A program made the translations under genes and the position numbers. A DNA stretch of 64,000 nt from Chloroflexota bacterium (lineage in GTDB: Bacteria > Chloroflexota > Anaerolineae > DUEN01): the NCBI GenBank assembly GCA_013152435.1, contig JAADGJ010000010.1:13911-77910 (forward strand). The letters run 5' to 3'. A model generated the notes under the pieces. It made no database searches. It worked only from the letters and a program-made list of their open reading frames with translations, and was not told where the DNA came from. This document shows, one piece after another, positions 9,906-19,014 of the stretch (the first letter of the stretch is position 1; every line of letters starts with the position of its first letter).

Positions 9906-9960
9906 ATCTCTGGGGTGGCTCGGAGGGGCTGCAGCCCCTCCGAAGAAATCTATTTTCAGC
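9906..9960 (+). repeat. Dispersed intergenic hairpin repeat, copy 1
   Basis: 51/55 identical to the reverse complement of 63291-63345; CGGAGGGG...CCCCTCCG stem. Confidence 0.85.
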
Positions 9961-10089
9961 CCCTCACCTGCTCCGTGGGGCCGGAGGCCACCGGCCAAAG
10001 CCCCAACCAGGCAGGGAAAAGGCGAGAACAAGAGTTTTCCTGCGGAGGGGAAGCCCCTCCGCACCTCCTCTTATCCTGAGAGAGCCCCG

Positions 10090-10818
10090 TTATTGCGCCT
10101 CCTCCATCCACGCGTCCTCCGGGAGGTTGTGCCCCGCGATCAGGAGAATGGTCAGCGCCAGTAACCAGGTCGACTCCTCCTCTGAGAGCGATCCGGCCGG
10201 GAACACGGCCGGGCTATGCCCCCATTTCCGCCGCTCCTGAAAGCTGGCCAGGCGGCCGATCTCCCGGCCGTGTAGGGTCACCGTGTGAGGCCGCCCCAGC
10301 TTCTCCCTAAGGGCTGCCTGGGCTCCCGCGACGAACAGGATGGGCGGCCCTCCCACCCGGGGGGCGCTTCCCACGGCCTCGCCCGTCGAGTCAAGCAGCG
10401 TCCCATCCGGCAGGATCGTCCCCCACAACTCCCCATCGATGTGGATCGTCGTGCGCTCCGGCGTGATATCGAAGGAGAAGGTATGCTCCGTCGTGCGAGC
10501 CTCCAGGGTCCCGCGCGTCGTCTCACGCCCCCCACGTATGTTGAACGTAAAGGCGATCCATGCGGGCCCTTTGGGATCATGCACGCTATGGATCATGCCC
10601 TGGCCGCGCACCCGTCGAGGGAGCTTCACCCAACGGGCTTCCCACTTGGCGGACAGATCCTCCAGGCTCTCCGGCGGCCAGGGGCGAAGGTGCGTCACGG
10701 CCCGGCGCCACCGGCGAATCAGCCATAGGACCAAGGCGACAAGTCCTGCCATTCCCAGGCCAACCAGGCAGATGGAGGCCAGGCAGATGATCGCCCAGTT
10801 TGGAGACGTGGAATCCAT
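10090..10818 (-). CDS. Single-pass membrane protein of unknown function, paralog of 32213-33028
   Basis: N-terminal Cys-containing TM followed by RRWRR; shares DPxGPxWxAF, ARTTE, DGExWGxI, GSAPR and WLLxLxIL with 32213-33028. Confidence 0.75.
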   Translation of the reverse strand: MDSTSPNWAIICLASICLVGLGMAGLVALVLWLIRRWRRAVTHLRPWPPESLEDLSAKWEARWVKLPRRVRGQGMIHSVHDPKGPAWIAFTFNIRGGRETTRGTLEARTTEHTFSFDITPERTTIHIDGELWGTILPDGTLLDSTGEAVGSAPRVGGPPILFVAGAQAALREKLGRPHTVTLHGREIGRLASFQERRKWGHSPAVFPAGSLSEEESTWLLALTILLIAGHNLPEDAWMEEAQ

Positions 10819-10828
10819 CGTTCCCCCC

Positions 10829-13800
10829 TTATTCCTGGCTTATGGCGGGCATGAAGATCTGCACAGGAGGCCACTCGCCGACGGTGATGGTCACAGAGGC
10901 GCTGCCGGTCAAGCCATCGCTATCGATGGCGGTCAGGGTGATCGTGTGATAGCCTGGAGGCAGATCGGAGACCTCCAGGCTCGAACCGGAGCCCAGGTCG
11001 CCGCTGATGTCGGAGTGCCAGCGCAGCTGTGCATCCGCCTCGATCGGTCCATCCTCAATGTCCGTCCCATAACCCTTCAGATAGATCGGCGAACCCACGG
11101 GGAAGAAGGTCCCGGCCGTGGGGACGAGGATGCCCGCCAGGGGCGGCTTCCTCGGCACGGAGAAAACCCCATCGCTCTCATCGGCGGCGGTGTTCACCCC
11201 GTCGCTCGCCAGCACGCGCACCTTGGCCTGGTCGGAGCCGCCGATCTCTGATGTATCGACCGTATAGCTCGTCTCGGTCAGGTTCACGGCCATGGTGTGC
11301 CACGTCCCTCCGCCGTCGATGCTATATTGCAAAGTGTAGACGAGCGGGTCGCCGTCGGGATCGTTGCCATGCCAGCGTATTGTTATCGATCCGTCGAGCG
11401 CCTCGCCGCCGTTGGGATAGTCCATCGTGACCGTGGGCGGATTGGGGCTGACCTGGCGGGTGTCCAGGACCTTCTCACCGTGCAGAAGGACGATCGATCG
11501 CGTGCCGATTGGGAATGGCAGCACCTCTATCCAATAGCGCCGGGGCTCTGAGGTGTCGGAGTCGGCGATGTACTGCTGTGGCTCAAAGTAGCGCGTGAAC
11601 AGGACGTTGCCCGTCGCATCCCGCAGCTCCAGGCGGTAGGCACCCTCCCCCGGGGCATCGGCCGTGCCTACCGGGCGTCCTTCCACATAGGCGAATCCTA
11701 ACTCTCCTGTATCGGCCTCCACATCTACGAAGCCATTGATGAGCAGATAAGGTTGCTCCTGGTTGGTCCCCCGCGCAGCGCTGGACCCTGGGCGGATTAC
11801 CAGCTTTTTGAAGATCGCCTGATACGTGTATGGGCTGACCCAACCTGGCCAACAGTATGACATAAGATCATAGGTGGACGCCGGGTCATACACGCGCGGG
11901 GTAAAGCTGAAGACGTCGAATCCGAATTCGCCAATGGAAGAGAGCGGATAGGGGACACCTTGCGGATTCTTGTAGTTCGGATAGTTGGTGTCCTCACCGC
12001 TTGGATCCTTGCAATGTGGGTCAATGACTTTTCCTTTCTTGTCTCGCGCGCTGGGGGCATGTGCTCGCCCAAAGTTGTGGCCCAGCTCGTGTGCCATGGC
12101 GCGGCCGTTAAACGCTACCCCGGCTGCCACCGGCACCCTGGTTGAGCCTATTCCCGCGACGGCCAGTTTAGGGATGTTCTTGTCCACCAGCCCGTACCAG
12201 TTACGACGCGTATTGACAGAGCGGATCCGCAGCCAGTTCAGCTTGTCCAGTAGCGCCTCCCATCCCGCCCGCCTCGTCAGGTCATGCTTGAAGGGGAGGA
12301 CAGCGTAGCCCACCGGCCACCAGAGGCGAATCTGGGAAAGGGGGAAGGTCTTCTCCGTGTAGCGGGGCGTCTCGAACGCCGCCTGAAGGGGAGGTAGGTA
12401 GACGGTCGGTTTTTTCTGCCCCGCCGCCTGCGACTCATACCGTACGCGAACCATCACGATATCCAGTGGTCGCGTCTCCTGAAAGGTGACCGTCGCTTCA
12501 CGCCGATTATTGGTCAGGTCGCGTTCCGGGACCAGCTCTCCCGGGTTCAGATCGAAGACGAAGTGCATCCGTCCCCTGCTCCACCTGGAAGGTAGCTCAA
12601 AGTAGAAGCTGTGGTCAAGCCTCCCTCGCTGAGGATTGGTCCGGACGGTGATCAGCCTGTGAGGATGCCTTGGCTCCAGCCGGGCGATGAGAACCTTCGT
12701 CCCATTGCTGGCCACGGCATACACTTTCAGAACCGCAAATACCCCGCTTACAGACCCGCCCAAGGGCGAATTCGCCCTGACGTGCGCGCGCACGTAAGTC
12801 GGTCTGTTCTGCACCAAGGGGACGCTGTTGTTCAGATCCTGGATAGCCTGTGTGACTTCCAACGCCTGTATCTCCAGGTCCGGCAAGAGGTCTCGGCTGA
12901 ACTCGGAGGTGTTGCCCATGCCGTCCGTCGTCGTGAGCGTGAAGTATCTCCGTCTCCGTGCCACGGAGACGCTGTACTTGCCGGACGCGTCGGCCTGAAC
13001 GCTCGTCAGGAACTCCTCGCCCTCATCGGCATCATCAACGAAGACCTCCACGGTGCATTTGCCACAGGTGCTGCCCTCTAAGGTATACTGGCCGCCGGCG
13101 GACGTCACCCGGGTGACGGAGGGAGGGCTTAAGCCTTGATTTCCGCCTGACAGGAGGCGAATACCCCGACCCTCGTTTTTGAAGATGCTGTTGTGGGAGA
13201 TGGTATTGCGTATCGTATTGTGTCCTTCAATCCGGATGCCATCCCCCTTGTTGCCGGTGATCGTGTTCGCCATGCCCGACGAGGCCCCTCCGATCTGATT
13301 CATCTGGGCGCCGCCGGCGATGTATATACCGTGTGACCCGTTGGGAAGGGGGGCGGAGAAAGCTCCGATGCCTATGCGATTCCCCCACACCTTATTCCGA
13401 TCCGTGCCGACGTCGGTAATGGCCACGCCAAGTCGATTGTTCCCCGCGATCACATTCCCCGCGTCGGTATCTCTTCCCCCGATCTCATTCTCCTGAGCGC
13501 CGCCGGCAATGATCACGCCGTTGAGGTGATTGGGTATGGCAACTCGTCCCGTGAAATCGGTACCGATGTAATTGCCCAGCACCCGATTGCGCACCGTCCC
13601 CGTTCCGTAAATGTGTACCCCGTTGTCCTGGTTGCCGCTGATGATATTGTTCTCGAACAGATCAGTGCTGCCGATGATATTATCATGGGCGCCCGTGGCG
13701 ATGATCACGCCGGAGCCATCATTGGGGATGGCCATCTTCCCGGTGGCGTCGGTGCCGATGTAATTGCCAGTGACGGTGATGGCCGTGGAGGACTCCCAGA

Positions 13801-15961
13801 TGAGGATCCCATGGCGACCGTTTCCGCTGATGACGTTGCCCTCCGTATGGAACCCGCCGATGCGATGTTCTCTGCCGCGGGATATCTCGATCCCATCGCC
13901 GCCGTTACCCAAGTCCACATTGCCGCGCGGGTTCACGCCGATGCGGTTGCCGCGCACGACGTTGTCTCGTCCCGATTCGATGCGTATCCCATCCCCCATG
14001 TTGCCGCTGATGACGTTGGCAGAGAGCGCGCCAGGGGAGCCGACGGTGGTGCGACGGACGTTATCGAGATACACGCCGTCTCCGTGGTTGGGCAACGCGG
14101 TGGTGCCGAGGCGGTTCAGGCCAATGATGTTCCCCAGGATATAGGTCCTCTCAACGCCCGGTCCTCTGAGCTCGACGCCATGACTCAGGTTGCCGCTGAT
14201 CACGTTGCCCTCGCCATCGTTGGGGCCGCCGATGAAGTTGCTCCGAGCCTTCTGAGAGACGAGCACACCGATGCCGCCGTTGCCCAACGCCAGGTTGCCC
14301 TCTTTGTCGGTACCGATGACGTTCCCCCGCACGGAATTCTGGTCCGTGCCGGCGCCGGTGATCCATATGCCGCCGCTATCGTTGCCGCTGACTACGTTGC
14401 CGGGACCGATTTGATTCGCGTTGGCGCCGTCCTGGATGACGATCCCCCAACCGTGATTGGAGCGCCGCACCTCTCTGCCGGTGGGGTCCAGGCCGATGAT
14501 GTTCCGCTCTATCCGGTTCACCATGCTACCCGACCCGGCGATGAGCAGGCCGTGCTGCCCGTTCCCGCCGATCACGTTCCCCCGGATCAGGTTGTGGCTG
14601 GCGTTCTCGCTCAGGACCACGCCGATGCCGTTACCGGCCGGATTGCCGAGGGGGTCCAACCCCACGGTATTGGTGAGCACCTGATTGCTGGCCCCCTGGA
14701 TCCAGATGCCGTAATGCTCAAAGCCGGTGATGCTCAACCCCTGGATCACGACTTTGGTCCCCTCGACGATCAGGCCATCGCCGCCCGCGCCCAGGCGGGA
14801 TCCGTCGATCTGGATCTCGGGGCCGGCCGGGTTGGGGTCGCTGCCGATGAATCCCGCCTGACTGAAGCCATCTATGAGGAGGCCGGGCGCGGTCAGAGCG
14901 GGCAGGGTCGAGGTGACCTGGATGGTCCAGTAGCCGCCGGCCGGGTAGTAGCCCGGGTCCGAAGTGGGAATTCGGAACGTGATGTGCTTGACGAAATAGC
15001 GATTGGCCGCCTGAATGGCTTCGCGTAGGGAACAGTGCTGAAGCGTGCAGGCGCCATCGTCGCGATCGTCCGTAGTGTTCACCTCCCAGCGCAGTACGAA
15101 GGTCCAGCGAAGGCGGTAGGAGGCCGGCAGGACGGCCGTCCCGGGGTTCGCCCGAACGCCCACTCGGTAGGTCCCCCCGACCTCGGCCGGGTAGATGATG
15201 GCCTCCGCGCGGGTCCCGGGCGCGTCGGAGAACGCCACCTCCTCGCCGTTGGGGTCGAAGAGGACGAGAACGAGATCGATCGGCAGATCCGAGGGGGATG
15301 ATGCCGCCATCTCCGACACGCCGTCCACCTCGATCTGGAGGATCTGCCCGGGCGACACGTCGGGTAGCGCATAGTAATCCACGTCCTCCTCATGGCAGAT
15401 GTAGCTATCGACGGGCGCGTCAGGCTCGATGGACCATGCCTCCTCCGGGACATCGTTCGGCTCGTAGGGATCAGGGCAGGGAGCCGGGGTAGCGACCGAG
15501 TCCACGCGTAGGGTGTATGGGTTGGGTTGCTCGTCCTCCGTTCCCCAGACCACCGCGTAATACGTGCCCGCCTGATCCGCCGTGTGGACGATCTGTTCCG
15601 TTGTGGTCCCCGGGTTGGTCGAGGTGATGAGCACGGTCTGATCGGGCCCGTAGAGATCAAGGTTGCTATCCCATTCCATGCCGTAAAGGCTGATCGTGAT
15701 CTGCTGGCCCGTGGTCAGGGGAAAACGGAAGAAGTCGTTATCATCGGAATTGCATACGACGGCGTTGTATTCCACACCGAACTCCACCGGTGTGGCCTGG
15801 TCAAACCAGTTGTTGGGCTCGTAAGGATCGGTGCAGTCGGCGGGCAGGTGGGCCGTTGCCTCCCCATCTGGTGAGTCGCTTAGAACAACCGTACCGCCAA
15901 GGGCGAAGAGGACGAGGGGGAGGAGGAAGGCAACCAGCCATTGTGCGCGATGGAAGGACAT
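10829..15961 (-). CDS. Large secreted modular protein: 2x PPC-like, CSLREA, right-handed beta-helix, zinc-metallopeptidase-like (HExxH) and Ig-like domains
   Basis: Signal peptide; CTDPYEPNN/CPDPYEPND; HCSLREAI; many GNVISGN/GNxIG repeats; HELGHNFGRAH and DLMSY Met-turn; C-terminal IFMPAI. Confidence 0.85.
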   Translation of the reverse strand: MSFHRAQWLVAFLLPLVLFALGGTVVLSDSPDGEATAHLPADCTDPYEPNNWFDQATPVEFGVEYNAVVCNSDDNDFFRFPLTTGQQITISLYGMEWDSNLDLYGPDQTVLITSTNPGTTTEQIVHTADQAGTYYAVVWGTEDEQPNPYTLRVDSVATPAPCPDPYEPNDVPEEAWSIEPDAPVDSYICHEEDVDYYALPDVSPGQILQIEVDGVSEMAASSPSDLPIDLVLVLFDPNGEEVAFSDAPGTRAEAIIYPAEVGGTYRVGVRANPGTAVLPASYRLRWTFVLRWEVNTTDDRDDGACTLQHCSLREAIQAANRYFVKHITFRIPTSDPGYYPAGGYWTIQVTSTLPALTAPGLLIDGFSQAGFIGSDPNPAGPEIQIDGSRLGAGGDGLIVEGTKVVIQGLSITGFEHYGIWIQGASNQVLTNTVGLDPLGNPAGNGIGVVLSENASHNLIRGNVIGGNGQHGLLIAGSGSMVNRIERNIIGLDPTGREVRRSNHGWGIVIQDGANANQIGPGNVVSGNDSGGIWITGAGTDQNSVRGNVIGTDKEGNLALGNGGIGVLVSQKARSNFIGGPNDGEGNVISGNLSHGVELRGPGVERTYILGNIIGLNRLGTTALPNHGDGVYLDNVRRTTVGSPGALSANVISGNMGDGIRIESGRDNVVRGNRIGVNPRGNVDLGNGGDGIEISRGREHRIGGFHTEGNVISGNGRHGILIWESSTAITVTGNYIGTDATGKMAIPNDGSGVIIATGAHDNIIGSTDLFENNIISGNQDNGVHIYGTGTVRNRVLGNYIGTDFTGRVAIPNHLNGVIIAGGAQENEIGGRDTDAGNVIAGNNRLGVAITDVGTDRNKVWGNRIGIGAFSAPLPNGSHGIYIAGGAQMNQIGGASSGMANTITGNKGDGIRIEGHNTIRNTISHNSIFKNEGRGIRLLSGGNQGLSPPSVTRVTSAGGQYTLEGSTCGKCTVEVFVDDADEGEEFLTSVQADASGKYSVSVARRRRYFTLTTTDGMGNTSEFSRDLLPDLEIQALEVTQAIQDLNNSVPLVQNRPTYVRAHVRANSPLGGSVSGVFAVLKVYAVASNGTKVLIARLEPRHPHRLITVRTNPQRGRLDHSFYFELPSRWSRGRMHFVFDLNPGELVPERDLTNNRREATVTFQETRPLDIVMVRVRYESQAAGQKKPTVYLPPLQAAFETPRYTEKTFPLSQIRLWWPVGYAVLPFKHDLTRRAGWEALLDKLNWLRIRSVNTRRNWYGLVDKNIPKLAVAGIGSTRVPVAAGVAFNGRAMAHELGHNFGRAHAPSARDKKGKVIDPHCKDPSGEDTNYPNYKNPQGVPYPLSSIGEFGFDVFSFTPRVYDPASTYDLMSYCWPGWVSPYTYQAIFKKLVIRPGSSAARGTNQEQPYLLINGFVDVEADTGELGFAYVEGRPVGTADAPGEGAYRLELRDATGNVLFTRYFEPQQYIADSDTSEPRRYWIEVLPFPIGTRSIVLLHGEKVLDTRQVSPNPPTVTMDYPNGGEALDGSITIRWHGNDPDGDPLVYTLQYSIDGGGTWHTMAVNLTETSYTVDTSEIGGSDQAKVRVLASDGVNTAADESDGVFSVPRKPPLAGILVPTAGTFFPVGSPIYLKGYGTDIEDGPIEADAQLRWHSDISGDLGSGSSLEVSDLPPGYHTITLTAIDSDGLTGSASVTITVGEWPPVQIFMPAISQE

Positions 15962-16048
15962 GATCAGCTCCTTTCAGGACCCCCGTGGCATCCCGTGAGG
16001 GTCTCCCTCATCCGGCTAGTCCAACCGCGAGCGGCGCGTCGCATACGA

Positions 16049-18937
16049 TCACCCGCAAAGCGAGAACACGAGATAGCCCGCCGGACACACGATGGCCTGA
16101 TTCTCCTGCGTCGTGACGGCGATCCACTGGTCATCCGGGCTGAAGACGAGTCCCTGGAATGGGCCGCCCACGGGGAGAAGCTCAAGCCCTTGCTCCCCGC
16201 TGATGACCACATATGCCTCCGAGGAGCCAAGGGCGACCACGAGCTGCCCACCAGAAGAAAGCGCCAGCGTATGGATACTTTCCGGAGCGGGGATGCTGGC
16301 CGCGAGGGTTCCATCCACACGCCAGATGTGCAGCGCATAGCCCTCGTCGGTCGAGCCGTTGGTCAGGAACCCCCCGGGGTCGAGGAAGAGGAGCGTGTTC
16401 GGGTCGCCGGAGATCCCGGTTTTCACCGTGGCGACCGGTTCCCAGTCCTCTGTGCGCCAGATCTGTACCGTGCCCCCATAGGCGATAGCGACCAGATACG
16501 CGCCATCCGGCCCGAAGGCGACACCCTCGACGATGGGCGCGTGGACGCCTTCATACGGGAATCGGAGCTTCTGCACCACCGATCCGGTCTTCGCCTCGAT
16601 CACCGGCACCAGGCTCCCCTGGGCCGCCGAGACGGCCAGCGCGATCAGCCGGCCATCGGGGCTGAAGGCCAGGCCCATGATGCCGCCGAAGCTATCGCGA
16701 AAGGTCGCCGTGGGGGCGGCGTCCCCCTTCAGCAGCGCCGCCGTCTCCCACACGGTTAGATGATCCTGGAGATCGGCGGTGTAAGCTGTGGCCAGCAACG
16801 TCCCATCGGGGCTAAAGGCGATCTTACTGGCCTGGATAGGTTGAACGGCGAGCTGCTCAAAGGTTCGCCCATCGTAGAGGGCCAGGCGTGACGTGCCGGA
16901 CGAGCTATCCCAGAGGACCATCGCCACCCAGCGCCCCGCCGGGTCCCATGCCAGATCAAGGGGGCGCGTGCCTTCCGGGAGCGTAAGCGATGTGATCTCC
17001 TGCTCCACGGTCGATTCCGGCTGCGAGGTTGAGGAGAGATAGCGCCGGTCGTAGTACTCGCGGATCCTCTCCGGTGACCACCGGAGGCTTCGGAGCACTC
17101 GTAACACGGTCCCCTCGTGATAGCCCTCATTCCACAGGTCGGCTGGAGCCATCCAGAGGAAGTAGGCACGGATCCCTTGCTGCGGCTCCCAGAGTACCTC
17201 CAGGCCCTTACGTGTGCCGTCTTCGGAGGTAAACTCGGTGATGGTGACGGGGAGTCCCTGGGCATCCTCGCTCGTGTCCGTCTCGGCGGCCGGGCTCTCG
17301 CCGAAGGCTCGCTTTCGCAGCTCCTGAACGAACTGCTGGAAGATCTCCGCCAGGTCGGCGTCGGTGACGTCGGAATAGACGAACAGGAGCCCCTCGCCGG
17401 TCTGGTCGCTCTTAAACGCGTATCCGGTTGGCGGGTCGGTTAGCTCCTCCTCCTGGTCCAGCTGGGGGGGACGAGAGAAGGAGAAGAAACCCAAGGGCTC
17501 TTCATAAGGGGTCCACATGTTGAACTTTTTATGCACTCTGGGCGGGAACCAGGTGATTTCCAGTTCCTGCCACTGCTGCAGGCGTTGCTCCCAACGGTCC
17601 TTGGGCACGAGCCAGAAGCGGAGCAGGATGATGCCCCGATCTTCCTGGAGGCTGATCATCCCGCCGCGCTGCTCGGCCTCGGAGATCGCGTATGCGACGG
17701 CCACGCGCCCGCCCTCCGGGGCAGCTTGGGAGATGATCTCAGCATCGTCGCCGATCGTTGCGACGACCTCGGGGATGATCGCGTCCACCATCTCGCTCCA
17801 GGTGGCGTCATCCAGCGGCTGGCTGTCTACGGGGATGAACGAGATAGCCAGGGCCTCCGTATCCTCCGGGTTGCTGAAGATGTAGCCGTACTGGTTCTCG
17901 TCCGCGTTCTCCTCGACGACGCTGAGGTGCGCCGGATAGCGTATCGTGAACAGGCTGTTGGGGTCATAAGGATCGCCGAACTCGCTCCACCCCGAGGCTC
18001 CTTCGGGGGCAGGCGTGGGCGTGGGGGGCTCCACCTCCGCGCGCACGGTGAAGGTATAGGTCGCCACCTCCCGATCGTCGATGAGGAGCACCACCTTGTG
18101 TTCCCCTTCGGGCCATCCCTGCTCGGGCAGGTAGGAGAAGTAGAAGCCCGTGTCCTCGACGTTCTCCTGAGCTGTGATGGTGCGAGTGCCTGCCTCATCC
18201 AGTTGGCCGGACACATACCAGTGGGCTTCCAGCGTCGAGTGGAGTCCCAGGTCCACCCGGCCGACCACGAACACTTCCTCTGTAGGTGTGAAAGTGTCCG
18301 TGGGCTCGATCGGCTGGAAGTCCTCCGTCGCCCCCCGGGCCAGGACAGCCTGGCGCACCTGGGAGGGGATGGCCTCAGGCGGCGGGATGATGATGAACTC
18401 GTAGGATCCGGCCGGAGATCCGTTCAGGAGAATCTCCGCTCGGTAAAGATCGCTGATGGGGAATGGCTTCTCATGGGTGAGGGTGAAGCCCACGTTGGTG
18501 TTGCCCCCGATCACGAAGACCAGGCCCTGCTTCTTGCGCTCCTCGGCCAGATCCACGGTAGCCGATGCGATCTCCTGATCCTGATAGAGGAAACGGGCGG
18601 TCACCTGCCCTCCTTTGGGAGTGCCCTTCAGCTTGATGGAGAGGTAGATCGTCTCTTCCGGTGTAAACGTGTTGCCGGGATTGACGGGGGCGAATTCCTC
18701 CGTCAGGCCGTGGGCGAAGGTAGCCTCCAGGATCTTCAGAGCAGTCTGTTCCTCTGCGACGGGGGTGGGAGTGGGGACGATCTCCTCTTCCTCAGGCGCG
18801 GGCGTCTGCACGGCCGCCTCCCCGGCCGGAGCAGGCGTCGGCGTGGCCGGCTCCTCCTCACCGCCGCAGGCTGCCAACCCGAATGCAAGCGACAAGGCCA
18901 GGAACACGGTCAGAAGGTACATACGCATCTCTCGCAT
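16049..18937 (-). CDS. Lipoprotein with duplicated Ig-like domain, two PsbP-like regions and a C-terminal WD40 propeller
   Basis: Lipobox FGLAAC-GG; P/T/E-rich linker; internal duplication ATFAHGLTEEFAPVNP / AVLARGATEDFQPIEP; repeated AFSPDG. Confidence 0.8.
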   Translation of the reverse strand: MREMRMYLLTVFLALSLAFGLAACGGEEEPATPTPAPAGEAAVQTPAPEEEEIVPTPTPVAEEQTALKILEATFAHGLTEEFAPVNPGNTFTPEETIYLSIKLKGTPKGGQVTARFLYQDQEIASATVDLAEERKKQGLVFVIGGNTNVGFTLTHEKPFPISDLYRAEILLNGSPAGSYEFIIIPPPEAIPSQVRQAVLARGATEDFQPIEPTDTFTPTEEVFVVGRVDLGLHSTLEAHWYVSGQLDEAGTRTITAQENVEDTGFYFSYLPEQGWPEGEHKVVLLIDDREVATYTFTVRAEVEPPTPTPAPEGASGWSEFGDPYDPNSLFTIRYPAHLSVVEENADENQYGYIFSNPEDTEALAISFIPVDSQPLDDATWSEMVDAIIPEVVATIGDDAEIISQAAPEGGRVAVAYAISEAEQRGGMISLQEDRGIILLRFWLVPKDRWEQRLQQWQELEITWFPPRVHKKFNMWTPYEEPLGFFSFSRPPQLDQEEELTDPPTGYAFKSDQTGEGLLFVYSDVTDADLAEIFQQFVQELRKRAFGESPAAETDTSEDAQGLPVTITEFTSEDGTRKGLEVLWEPQQGIRAYFLWMAPADLWNEGYHEGTVLRVLRSLRWSPERIREYYDRRYLSSTSQPESTVEQEITSLTLPEGTRPLDLAWDPAGRWVAMVLWDSSSGTSRLALYDGRTFEQLAVQPIQASKIAFSPDGTLLATAYTADLQDHLTVWETAALLKGDAAPTATFRDSFGGIMGLAFSPDGRLIALAVSAAQGSLVPVIEAKTGSVVQKLRFPYEGVHAPIVEGVAFGPDGAYLVAIAYGGTVQIWRTEDWEPVATVKTGISGDPNTLLFLDPGGFLTNGSTDEGYALHIWRVDGTLAASIPAPESIHTLALSSGGQLVVALGSSEAYVVISGEQGLELLPVGGPFQGLVFSPDDQWIAVTTQENQAIVCPAGYLVFSLCG

Positions 18938-19014
18938 CTTTCTTTCCTCCGTTCGAACTCTGATTTCTCCACATCTCTCACCAGGGGAGACATCTTTCTC
19001 TGGTGGCTCTCACA

